Program-made: the position numbers and the translations under genes
Virus record (IMG/VR): IMGVR_UViG_3300027963_000035
Coordinates: 187,266 to 251,265 of that record
DNA length: 64,000 nucleotides
Reading direction: 5' to 3' (one strand)
Shown here: positions 42,912 to 53,139 of the stretch, piece by piece
Layout of the letters: every line of letters begins with the position of its first letter
Numbering within the stretch: position 1 is the stretch's first letter
Notes under the pieces: generated by a model
What the model saw: only the letters and a program-made list of their open reading frames with translations
Told to the model about the DNA's origin: nothing
The model's database searches: none

Positions 42912-44786
42912 ATGAATTTTAAGAACTGGTTCTTTTTAAACGAAAATATAGCTTCCGACTTTGATACGTACCTGGCTAATTTGGTCAAATACGCCAAACC
43001 AGAAGAAAAAAGATATTTGGATGCTCATCCTCAGATAGTGTCATTTCCTCCTAAAGATATCATAATTCAGGTTTTAAAAGAAAAGAATCTTGAAAACTTT
43101 AATTGGTTTAGTTTCTCAATGGGTTATTGGAGCGTAAAAAGATACAGAAAAGAAGATTTGGAAATTTCAATCAATGTTGCCAAAAAAATGATTGATAGCG
43201 GTAAATTGCCTAAAAGTGAAATAGGAGTTAAAGGTTGGTTTAAGGTTGGACAAGAAATCAAAGAAAAAGTTGAAGAATACATAAAATCAACCCAAGAAAT
43301 AAGCAATAGACAAGAGAGAAAATTAAGAAAAAGTGGTGAGACACTAGAGGGTGATGATAAGCTAATAGAATTGGTTGCCACAGACGCTGATTTAAAACTT
43401 TATTTTCTACCGGCTTTGGGAAGTGGGACAGAACACGGATTGCCAAAAGATGAAAATGAAATAAAAGCCAGAAAAAGAATATTATGCAGTTATGGTAAAG
43501 GGACCCAATGGTGTACCGCAGCACCAGATGGAGATTATCATGAAAGCTACTTAGGAAATAATATTTATATTATCCATGATAAAGATAAACCAGTGTATCA
43601 ATTTGTAAATTGTTTAGATGAGGGAGAAGATAGTCATCAATTTATGGATGTTGAAGACAACCATGTTGAAGAATTAGATGTGAAATATTATGACTTTTTA
43701 AAGAAATATGCAAACGGAGCAAGCAGTTGTTATAACATCAGGTTAAAATTTGATAGTTCCACATTTTTGAATCCATTAATAGATAAAGATCTAAAGAAAA
43801 ATATATCAGGCCGGAATTTAGCGGAAATTATTAACAACAACTCAGGAGTGTATCGTAGAGATGATTTTTTCAAGATAGCATCTATGATCAAGGACTTAAA
43901 TATTAATTTTGATGCATTTAATATACGTGATTTTCTTTGGAATATAGATTCATTAAATATCAACAATCCTGCTATCAAGAAAATGGTCGCTGACCATACG
44001 GGTGAATTGGTAGGAGCACAAATTCATGATCTTATTGCTAATTCGCCGCCACTGGCGAAAGCAAAGTCGCATTCGGGAAATAGCAGGCTTGATACAAAAT
44101 TAGATACATATCAAATGGTGGATATTATTGGTAAAAACAATCTAACTAAAATGAATGTGGTTCATATAATTGGAATTATACAAAGGTCTACAAATAAAAC
44201 AGAAATGGCAAAACTATTAGGGACTGAATTAATAAGTAAATTAAAAACAGACCCAGCAGAGATTGTGGGTTGGATTGTTCATTCGGATAATATCAAAGAA
44301 ACACTTAATATTCTCGGAAAAGAAAACATTAAAGGCTTGCTTCCAAGTGAAGTTGATACTGTATTTAGGAGCAAATATCTTCGAGCAAGAAATTCTCGAG
44401 AAAATATGGAATATCTGGTGAAAGAGTTCCTGGATGCTGGATTGGTGTTCAATATGGGCTCAGTTTCTGCGATACTTCTTAACGAACACCCACAGTCGTG
44501 GTGGCGAAGCGACAGGCCATCTGATTACATGTTCAGAATGATCAAGATGCTTGGTAAAGAAAATGTAAGTAAATTATGGCATGACTCTATAAGCAGAATG
44601 TTTAATGAAATTTATGAAAAAAAGGGAATCGAAGGTCAAAAAGAATTAGCTAAATTATTGAAAGATTATTATCTGCATCCCGATAACAATAAGAGCATGA
44701 ACCAAAAGCATACAGACTATAGAATGTCGGACTATGCCAAAATAGAAAATCTAATTAATAAGCACTTAGATCAAGTGGCAGTCTAA
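42912..44786 (+). CDS. Large hypothetical protein, possibly virion-internal
   Basis: 624 aa; N-terminus MNFKNWFFLNE; YGKGTQWCTA motif; TAAATA upstream. Confidence 0.6.
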   Translation: MNFKNWFFLNENIASDFDTYLANLVKYAKPEEKRYLDAHPQIVSFPPKDIIIQVLKEKNLENFNWFSFSMGYWSVKRYRKEDLEISINVAKKMIDSGKLPKSEIGVKGWFKVGQEIKEKVEEYIKSTQEISNRQERKLRKSGETLEGDDKLIELVATDADLKLYFLPALGSGTEHGLPKDENEIKARKRILCSYGKGTQWCTAAPDGDYHESYLGNNIYIIHDKDKPVYQFVNCLDEGEDSHQFMDVEDNHVEELDVKYYDFLKKYANGASSCYNIRLKFDSSTFLNPLIDKDLKKNISGRNLAEIINNNSGVYRRDDFFKIASMIKDLNINFDAFNIRDFLWNIDSLNINNPAIKKMVADHTGELVGAQIHDLIANSPPLAKAKSHSGNSRLDTKLDTYQMVDIIGKNNLTKMNVVHIIGIIQRSTNKTEMAKLLGTELISKLKTDPAEIVGWIVHSDNIKETLNILGKENIKGLLPSEVDTVFRSKYLRARNSRENMEYLVKEFLDAGLVFNMGSVSAILLNEHPQSWWRSDRPSDYMFRMIKMLGKENVSKLWHDSISRMFNEIYEKKGIEGQKELAKLLKDYYLHPDNNKSMNQKHTDYRMSDYAKIENLINKHLDQVAV

Positions 44787-45158
44787 TTTTGGTTTATCTT
44801 TCTTAGTTTCTTTTTTTACTTTTAAAACATTCAAAGCTTTTACACTCTGCACTGATTTTTTTGCTTGATTAAGATTATCAGCAGAACCTTGATCAAAAAG
44901 TTCTTGGGCTGAATGTAGATTTTCTATAGAGTATTCCAATTCTATTTGTTCTTTTATATTTCCTTCTTTATCTAGAGTCTGCTTTAGTGTTTTAGGAACA
45001 CTATAGCAAGCAAAACACATTTTTGGATATAGATTGTTATCTACAAAAGGTTTGTTTTTGTGACTAGTAACTACAAGATCCATCTTTTGTTGACAAATTG
45101 GGCATTTCATACTATTATTATACTGTGGATAATAAAATAGTCAACAAAAAATGGGGAT

Positions 45159-45899
45159 ATGAGAATATTAGTAGTTGGCGAATCCTGCTCTGATGAATAC
45201 ATCTACGGGACATGCGAAAGAGTATGTCCAGAAGCTCCTGCATTGTGTTTTAAAAATAATGGAAAGAAGAACTCGACAGATGGCATGGCAGCAAATGTCG
45301 TTAGAAATATTCTTTCTTTATTGCCTTCTGCAGATGTGGATTTAATAACAAATAAACAAAAGATAATAAAAAGAAGATTTATTGATACAAGATATAACTC
45401 AATAGTCTTTAGAGAAGATATTCACGATAATTGCGAAAGAATAAACACTAAAAAATACAAACATCAAAAATATGATGCAATAGTAATATCAGATTATAAC
45501 AAAGGGTTTTTACAAGAACCTGATTTAGAACTTATATGCAAAAACAGTGCTGTTAGGTTCGTGGATACAAAAAGAAAACCAAAAGATTTATCCTTTATTG
45601 ACTTCTTGAAGGTAAATCAAAAAGAATACCTGAATAACATTCAAGGCTTAAAATTCCCTGACTGTTGCCACCTAGTAGTTACAGACGGGGAGAATGGGGC
45701 AATACACTTCCACAAACAAAAAATAAAAAAATATCCAACAAGGAAAGTTGAAATTAGAGATGTTTGCGGCGCAGGAGATACTTTTCTTGCCGCCCTTGTT
45801 GTGGGCTACCTAAAAACTAATAAAATAGAAAAGAGCATAAGATTCGCAAATCAATGCTCTTTGAAGGTAGTCCGTCAATTTGGAGTATCAACTCCATGA
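45159..45899 (+). CDS. hldA: PfkB-family heptose-7-phosphate kinase (HldE/RfaE domain I, HldA-like)
   Basis: ILVVGE..DEYIYG..ERVCPEAP, GMAANV, ISDYNKG, DVCGAGDTF. Confidence 0.85.
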   Translation: MRILVVGESCSDEYIYGTCERVCPEAPALCFKNNGKKNSTDGMAANVVRNILSLLPSADVDLITNKQKIIKRRFIDTRYNSIVFREDIHDNCERINTKKYKHQKYDAIVISDYNKGFLQEPDLELICKNSAVRFVDTKRKPKDLSFIDFLKVNQKEYLNNIQGLKFPDCCHLVVTDGENGAIHFHKQKIKKYPTRKVEIRDVCGAGDTFLAALVVGYLKTNKIEKSIRFANQCSLKVVRQFGVSTP

Positions 45900-46285
45900 A
45901 AACAATCTGGACTAACGGATGCTACGATATTTTGCATATAGGCCATATTAGGCTTATGAGATATGCAAAGAGTCTTGGAGACAGATTGATTGTTGGAATA
46001 GACAGCGATCAAAGAGTTTCTTTATTAAAAGGCAAAGACAGACCTTTTAATAAAGAAGAAAATAGAAAAGAATTTCTTCTCACTATCAAATACGTGGATA
46101 ATGTCTTTATATTTGATAGTGAAGAAGAGATGAGGAAACTATTATATGATCAACAAGTAGACATTATAGTTGTAGGTAAAGAATATGAAAACAAAAAAGT
46201 AGTAGGATCAGAATTAGCAGAAGTTAGATTTTTTGATAAGGTTGAAAATTATTCAACCACCAATGTTTTTTTAAACTCCAGATAA
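45896..46285 (+). CDS. hldC: Heptose-1-phosphate adenylyltransferase (HldE/RfaE domain II, HldC-like)
   Basis: TNGCYDILHIGH, LIVGIDSD, KGKDRP, YSTT; ATGA overlap with the kinase gene. Confidence 0.85.
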   Translation: MKTIWTNGCYDILHIGHIRLMRYAKSLGDRLIVGIDSDQRVSLLKGKDRPFNKEENRKEFLLTIKYVDNVFIFDSEEEMRKLLYDQQVDIIVVGKEYENKKVVGSELAEVRFFDKVENYSTTNVFLNSR

Positions 46286-46984
46286 CTATTAAGATATTCC
46301 TTGTCTTCGGATTCTTTTTTCTTTCCAAAACAATTAAGAATATGAAAATCCTCAATGTTCTTTGGAAGAACATCCTTTAAAACATGAACACTATAGAGAT
46401 AGGCTTCCCTCATGTTTCCCTTTTTAAGGAAGATCTTATCCTCAGTTTCTTTACTTAGCCTTCCATGATCAAAGGCATAATATAAAGCCCACTTTGGATC
46501 AAATTTTGATGCAATCTTAGCCAGAACAGATTCATCCTCTAACTTATTTCCGGCAGCAAGATCGAGAATAAACCTATTAAATTCTCTATTGGGCTTAGTT
46601 GTATAACTGGGCGAGGTGTAATCCGATCTTAGAAGAGAGTTTTCATCTCCGTATCCAAAATCTTTGCCTACTTCTTCAATTAAACTCGCACAAGCCTGTA
46701 CAATTTCCCTATCTAGCTTCTTACCACTAGGATTGTTACTTACACCATCATAATCCTCTAGTTCATCATCATAGCAATCTTCATAAGGACTCCAAGAATA
46801 ACCATTGACGCTTTCAAGTCTTACACTATCGTAGTAATTGCTATCATCATATTCATTGGTTACAGAGAAGCCAATTGAATTAAGCTCGGGAACACTCCTG
46901 AACAATGAACTGATAAGTTGCCTATCGCTAATGATACTCTTGAGAGTTTCCCTGATATCGTTATTCTTATAAAACTCGAGCATT

Positions 46985-47614
46985 TTAAAACCTATACTTC
47001 CTTGAAGGATGACGGAATTTTATTTGCCAACTATTATTGCTTTTTTGACCAGCACAATCCTTTAGGACGCTATCTCTCTTTTTTAACACAAAGCCTTCAT
47101 CAACATCTTTATCTTTGATATTGTTGAAGAGATCTAGGATACCTTCTTCGATATTTTTTGCAAGCCAAAATCTTGGCTCAATTTCAAAGTGGCTGTATTC
47201 TTCTTTTTTATTTTCAGGATGGAAAATATCTCTCAGAAGATTCTGCCGTTCAGTAAAAGTCTTTCCATAAAGTTCTTCGGAGTTATGGACGATAATATCA
47301 AAGATATAAACAGTGTCCTTGATGCTGGTTGTTTTGCTGTGAATTACTTCACCAACAAGAACGTGCCACTTATCGGCCGGAAGATACTTTGTGAAACAAT
47401 CCCTAAAATAGTTGGAAAATTCCCACTGTTTATGGTTATCATTGTGGCGAGTCATTGCAATAAAATCTTTGGGATGATTGATTGCAAAGATGCTACAAGT
47501 GCCATTCTTCTTGTATTGCCCAGTATACCCCGACTTTTCAAACACCGGGATTCTATCCGGCGGCAGGGCATTTTCCGGGCGAGGCGGATAAAGATATTTA
47601 AAACTATCGTACAT
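46985..47614 (-). CDS. Ligase/capping-type nucleotidyltransferase (adenylation domain only)
   Basis: QYKKNG (KxNG), GEVI, YIFDI, EGFVLK, WQIKFR; no OB domain. Confidence 0.75.
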   Translation of the reverse strand: MYDSFKYLYPPRPENALPPDRIPVFEKSGYTGQYKKNGTCSIFAINHPKDFIAMTRHNDNHKQWEFSNYFRDCFTKYLPADKWHVLVGEVIHSKTTSIKDTVYIFDIIVHNSEELYGKTFTERQNLLRDIFHPENKKEEYSHFEIEPRFWLAKNIEEGILDLFNNIKDKDVDEGFVLKKRDSVLKDCAGQKSNNSWQIKFRHPSRKYRF

Positions 47615-48410
47615 AATTACTTTACTTTACATACTCCAAGTATTCATTTTCAACAAGGCAATCCCTACAAACCTTTTCCTTTGTATACGCACCGCACTCG
47701 CTGCAAAAACTATTCTTGTTATTAACGTAATTCTTCTTAATGACCTTTTCAAGAACCTTCTGGTCGATCCAATCTTTATCTTTCATGTTTCTCTCTATTG
47801 TTTTTTGAGTCTCTCTGACAAGAGACTACCGTACCTGAGAGAAACTCTTCTTGATAAAATTCTTTGGCTTTATGTAATCTGTTGCCATTAAACGCACAAA
47901 GATTCGTCGGCCATCCTTTTCGCAAACAACACCTTTATGGGGATCTTTACTGGAGTATACAACAAAAGTTTCCTCGGGCACTTCAAAAGATTCTTTGTCC
48001 TTTAGAAGTAGCTCCAGAAATTTATTCTGCTCATCTCTCGAACTTGGAAAACCCTCTAAATTAAATTGTTCTTTAGGGAACAAAGTTCTATTTGGCCCGC
48101 TAACCCAAAGACAATATTGATTATTGCTTTCATATTCACCATCAACATGATAGCGAACATCGACACAAGTCTTTTGATTTTTCTTGTGGTCTTTAATGAT
48201 TAGATCCACAAGATAATATTTATGATCATTATTCAGATGAGTTTTCATTCTGAGTAGTAAATCAGAGAATTCAGGGAAGTCTTTCACGAATTTGTTAAAT
48301 GAATAGTCTTTAACAAAGACTTCGCCAGACTTTGATTTGAATTTATAGTTTTCTAGAATTTGCACGGCTTCTCTCCTGAACAGGAACCGTACCGGAGGGA
48401 AAGGATTTCT

Positions 48411-49007
48411 TTAACTATCGTCTTCAATAAGTCCTTGGGCAAAGTCGTCTCCAAAACCTTTTTGACTATAATAAATAAATATCCATTGCTCGCCTACTTC
48501 TCTGCCGTCGAACCCATAATCCTTTAATAATTTATACCACCAAGATGGACTATTTTTGTTGTCTTTTATAACTACTTTACATTTTTGTCTTGGGGTGCCT
48601 TGGCTGCCTAGTTTTTCGAATATTCTAGAGAGTAAACTTTCGATTACTTTTTTTGCATCCTTTTTTGTATTTAAAATCAAGATTTGATAAAATGTATTTG
48701 TTGAAGCAAAGATGACAAAACCTATTATTTCTCCATCTTTATCTTCACAAACCAAGCCGAGCATATTAGGATCGCTTAAAGAATCCTCCAAATCTTTCTT
48801 TATTCGCTTCTTTTCAGATTGGGCCTTACCACGACAAGCTATTTCGGCAACAGCCTCTATATCCCTTCTTATCATCCACCTGGAGGCGTATATGGGCTTC
48901 GGCTTATTTACTTCATCCAATAATTTAAAACTGGTGGCTCTATTGAATAGCCCCTTTTGTACTATTGGATTTCCTTGCTCGCTATAGAATTCAAAATAAG
49001 ACAGCAT
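48411..49007 (-). CDS. GNAT/RimI-like protein
   Basis: RWMIRRDIEAVAEI...GLVCEDKDGEIIGFVI...LKDYGF. Confidence 0.55.
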   Translation of the reverse strand: MLSYFEFYSEQGNPIVQKGLFNRATSFKLLDEVNKPKPIYASRWMIRRDIEAVAEIACRGKAQSEKKRIKKDLEDSLSDPNMLGLVCEDKDGEIIGFVIFASTNTFYQILILNTKKDAKKVIESLLSRIFEKLGSQGTPRQKCKVVIKDNKNSPSWWYKLLKDYGFDGREVGEQWIFIYYSQKGFGDDFAQGLIEDDS

Positions 49008-49818
49008 AAATATTATAATTTTCCTTTATAATATTTATGCTATCGGTATTTAAAACGAAAAAATTAATCCTTGTATGGAATTATTTTTTTTCTGACAAAA
49101 TACAAATTTATGAAAAATCCACAAAAAGCAGAAAAAATATTGCTCACTCCTGGATATGTGGTATCTTGGAGGGGATTAATAAACAAACTCACAAAGAGAC
49201 TAATCCAAAAACTACTACATTCGTGACACAACAAAGCTGTTCTTATGTATGGAACTTTTGCCACCATGTTCCTAAAAGGAACACTTGCATCAGTATCGCT
49301 CCAACCATAAGCAACTCCCAAACAAGTTATTAAATAGATTAAAAAAATCATAGAAAATATACTTTTAGTGAATCTCCATTTTCTACAACACTAAATGCAC
49401 GGAAATACTTCCCACCACTTGTAATTTCTTGTGCAAAAGTCTTCCAAGCCTCATCTCCCTTACTGACAGTCAAAATCCTACCTGAGTAATTATTGTCAAT
49501 TCTCTGAGTTTTTATTTTTTGAAGCTCAGTATTTAGAGAATTGGGGTCTTTAATATACTTGTTAAGTACTCCTGGAGACTCCTCTAATTTAGTTGTAAAG
49601 AACTTGACCACTCTTCCTCTGCAACTGCAGTTTGGATTTGTTCTAAACGTAACTAAATCTGCAAGAATATCTGGGAAATCTGATTTAAGTGATTCAAACG
49701 TTGAATCATCTTTCATTAAAATTGGTAGCGCATCATTAACATTAGAAACATCAATCATTTTTTACTCCTTTTTTTAAAAGAATTGTTAAGTTTAATATAG
49801 TCTTTTTTAAATCAAAAA

Positions 49819-50109
49819 TCAAGAAAGAACTGCTTTTATTGATTGCGGTTCCATTAGAACCTTATCTCTTTCGCTATCATCATAATTTGGGACGGGTACG
49901 CCAGTGCCAGATAGCAATACTCTGTCGCCAACCTTGAATCCGTAATCTTCTTTAAGCATTGGTCCAACCGCCAATACAATTGCCTGGAAATCCCGCATTG
50001 TCTTAGAGGCTTCATTTAAAATAATCTTTGTACCAAGCATTTCTTGGGCACTTAAAAGTTCAAGTAATACTTGATATCCACATGGTGAACACTGTTTAAC
50101 TTTGCTCAT
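49819..50109 (-). CDS. groES: Co-chaperonin GroES-like protein
   Basis: PCGYQVLLE...AIVLAVGP...FKVGDRVL...IKAVL. Confidence 0.75.
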   Translation of the reverse strand: MSKVKQCSPCGYQVLLELLSAQEMLGTKIILNEASKTMRDFQAIVLAVGPMLKEDYGFKVGDRVLLSGTGVPVPNYDDSERDKVLMEPQSIKAVLS

Positions 50110-51464
50110 ATTTTCTTTCTTTCTTTTTAAATTAATAAAGTTCTTCAAATATTATAGTGTAAAATTTTATTTTAGTAAAGAGTAAATTTCAAAATTATTA
50201 TCAGAAGGATAAATACTATGTAGTTCAAACTTTTATCAAGGAGGTAAAGATGAACAATAACTTAGAGATTGTGGATTCAAGCAAGGATAAAGAAACATTT
50301 GTTTATTATGTGTCAAGAATAAACAAAAAAATTCCTTGGCCAAGCAATTCAAACATTGCTGTATTTGCTCTAAAGGATGAGCCAAATAGAGACCAATTAA
50401 TCAAGCGTTTTAGAATGCTTACAATAGGAGACAACAACGTTAAAGTAGTTGCAGTAAACAATCCATTTGCAGAAAATGTTTATAAAAGCGATGAAGATAA
50501 ATAAAAAAAAAGGTATCCAGATCACTCTGGGTACCTTTTTCTATAAACTTTTTCTAATAAACTTGTAAATTCAAATTTATTTTCTGCTTCTTCTGTTCTG
50601 AATCCACGTTCATCAACATGAATGTAGTCTGAATGGCTGCATATCCATTGCGGACCCAATATAAGAATAAGGCAATATGCTGCCTCTTCTGGATCTGATT
50701 GGTCTGTGATGAGTGATTTATTTCTATATTTTACATAGTATTTTGGCATGTGCTTATTGTAGCACATTTAATATGTTTAATCAATCCATCATAAGAGGAT
50801 TAATACTTCTCAGAACTTCCTCCCTATCCAAAGTGATGGTGACTCTCTGGCCGGAGGTTTGCCATTCAACCCAAGCACGGCAACAGCCGCATAGAGGCTC
50901 GTATTCTTCGCATGGAGGCCCAAAATAACTCTGGACTTCGTTGTAAGTCATTGGGAGGGTAACATCAACATGATTGATGCTATGACCGTATTTTGCTTTA
51001 AGTGCCTCCAATTGTTTTTTGGAGCCCTCCATGAGTTTATTTTTTTTATTTTTTTTAGCCATTATGTTAACTTTAATAATGCTCCCTAGTCACCCATGAG
51101 TCTATATCGAGACCAAACTCAATACCAATTTCACACAATTTGGAAAAAACTTTGTTTTGATTTTTGGTAAATTGATCTTTATTGCCCCAATAATTACCAT
51201 CTTGTATGTTGCCGATAACCAAGTCGGCTAAATAACGAAGTTCAGTTTTTGTTAATTCTAATTCGGTGGTTTTCATTAATTCTCCGTAGCATCATCAATA
51301 TACCAATCATATTCTCCATCCTTGGCAAATTCTTTCAAATCACCACTAAGACTATCAATAGCAAAAGTAGCGTCCTCGCTATTAGCATCTTTAATTTCGG
51401 GGAAATCAAATACTACATAAACTTTCATTTTATCACCTGAATATAACTTGTTATATTTAATATA

Positions 51465-52790
51465 TCACTCTTTGAAAAGCAGACCACGATCCGCTAACAG
51501 GCTGCAAATCTTTTTCATATCTGCTTTTTTGGGCTCATTATTTCCACGAGCCTTGAACTGAACAATGTTCTTTCTTGCAACTTCAACATTATAAATCATT
51601 TCATTGGTATTCTTGTCCATGACTGCAAATACAACTGTCTTGGCCTTCAAAACATTGTCAGCATAACCGTGGATGCAGTTCTGCATAATATTAGTCCACT
51701 CTTTGAGATCGTAATTTGTATTGGGCATCAACAATCTCATATCGTCAACTTCATGTTCATTGAGACTCCAAAAGTCAGGGAAATTTTCCTTGATTTTAAG
51801 ATCGAATTCGGGATCCTGCAACTTGGCAGTTTCCTTGTTAAGATAGTTAAGGATTTCATCTGCGTTGTTTACAAGACCAACCTGTTGAACGTCCAGGTTA
51901 ATGGTTTCCTTCAACCTTGGGTATTGATCCCCGATTTCAATGAATGCGGCCTGACGAGTTGAACTCTTGAGAAAATTAAGGATTTTCTTTTGGTTGTAAG
52001 ATCCGTCTTTTTCTCTTGTGTAATCTTTAATAAAACTATTCAAACCGCTATAGCCGGCAATATCTCCGAAGTCAACGTTAAAGATATTCTTTTCAATAAC
52101 TTCATAAAGATTGTCTGCATGAAGAGCATCCTTGAAGGCTTCTCCAAAAAAGAAAAACCTATAGTCCAAGAAATTATTATCAGGCTTGAAAATATTCTGC
52201 AGTGCAAGTTTCTTGAGTTTCTTAGCACTAAATCCGAAAACACTTTCAAGAACCTCATCAAGATTTTTACGATTGCTAAATGCTGTGAAATATTTCTCGG
52301 GACAATTAGCAATATTATAAAAATGAATATGAGAATCAGATTGATTCTTTTTATTCAAAACACTATTTGTCTGATCTGAATTGTTGTTTGAATAAATCAG
52401 ATAGAACCCATCCTCGGTAACAGGATAGGCACTGTTCTCAATAAGAGCCTGAATCATTTCAGAGGCAGCATGATCATCGACCCTATTCTTTAGATTATAC
52501 CAGAAGTTGAAAAGACTTTTGAATACCCAACTTGTTTCTTTGAAAAGAAGAAACTGATTGCCCAATATGCTCGGGATAGGATCCTTGCCATAATGGACAA
52601 GTCCATCAATAACCGTGAAACCATCTTTATTGAGATTCTTGGTAGGATTAATAGCATCCGCAACCAATTCAAACTTACCTTCATTCAGGTATGTCTTAAT
52701 CTTATCATACCTATAGTCATTATTGCTAATGGTATAAGTTTGACCCGAAGTATTTATAACAATTGAATTGGAAAGAAGATAGTATTTCAT
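51465..52790 (-). CDS. rIIB-like N-terminus fused to a C-terminal PcfJ domain
   Basis: N-terminal ...SLFNFWYNL...YPVTEDG (rIIB-like); C-terminal DLKEWTNIMQNCIHGY...IVQFKARGNNEP. Downstream of rIIA. Confidence 0.6.
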   Translation of the reverse strand: MKYYLLSNSIVINTSGQTYTISNNDYRYDKIKTYLNEGKFELVADAINPTKNLNKDGFTVIDGLVHYGKDPIPSILGNQFLLFKETSWVFKSLFNFWYNLKNRVDDHAASEMIQALIENSAYPVTEDGFYLIYSNNNSDQTNSVLNKKNQSDSHIHFYNIANCPEKYFTAFSNRKNLDEVLESVFGFSAKKLKKLALQNIFKPDNNFLDYRFFFFGEAFKDALHADNLYEVIEKNIFNVDFGDIAGYSGLNSFIKDYTREKDGSYNQKKILNFLKSSTRQAAFIEIGDQYPRLKETINLDVQQVGLVNNADEILNYLNKETAKLQDPEFDLKIKENFPDFWSLNEHEVDDMRLLMPNTNYDLKEWTNIMQNCIHGYADNVLKAKTVVFAVMDKNTNEMIYNVEVARKNIVQFKARGNNEPKKADMKKICSLLADRGLLFKE

Positions 52791-53128
52791 GATTTCTTAG
52801 AGTTAATATAAAAGATCAATTCTTTTAGGATTTTTTCGTTTTCCTCGTCCACCTGCTCTGGTGTCATACCGTACCGGAAGGAACCTTTCGGGCTTATACC
52901 CGCACACAGCATCAGCGGATATTTGTCGTTGATCCTATCCTCCAAGACATTCAATTCCTTCATCAAGGACATTAAATTTTCTTTGACCTTGTAGTAGTTC
53001 TTAAATATATCACATTCGATTTTATCTTTATATTTTTCAAGTCTAAAAGTATGTTTAGTTTGAAAAAATTCATCGTTCTTATCAAAGCTTCTTCCACCAC
53101 AAACGATTGTCCATATTTCTTTGATCAC
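52787..53128 (-). CDS. Short paralog of the rIIA C-terminus
   Basis: LEDRINDKYPLM...ELIFYINSKK versus LENEINSKYPLL...DLVFYINNKS in 53140-55314. Confidence 0.55.
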   Translation of the reverse strand: MIKEIWTIVCGGRSFDKNDEFFQTKHTFRLEKYKDKIECDIFKNYYKVKENLMSLMKELNVLEDRINDKYPLMLCAGISPKGSFRYGMTPEQVDEENEKILKELIFYINSKKS

Positions 53129-53139
53129 GGCTTATCTCC

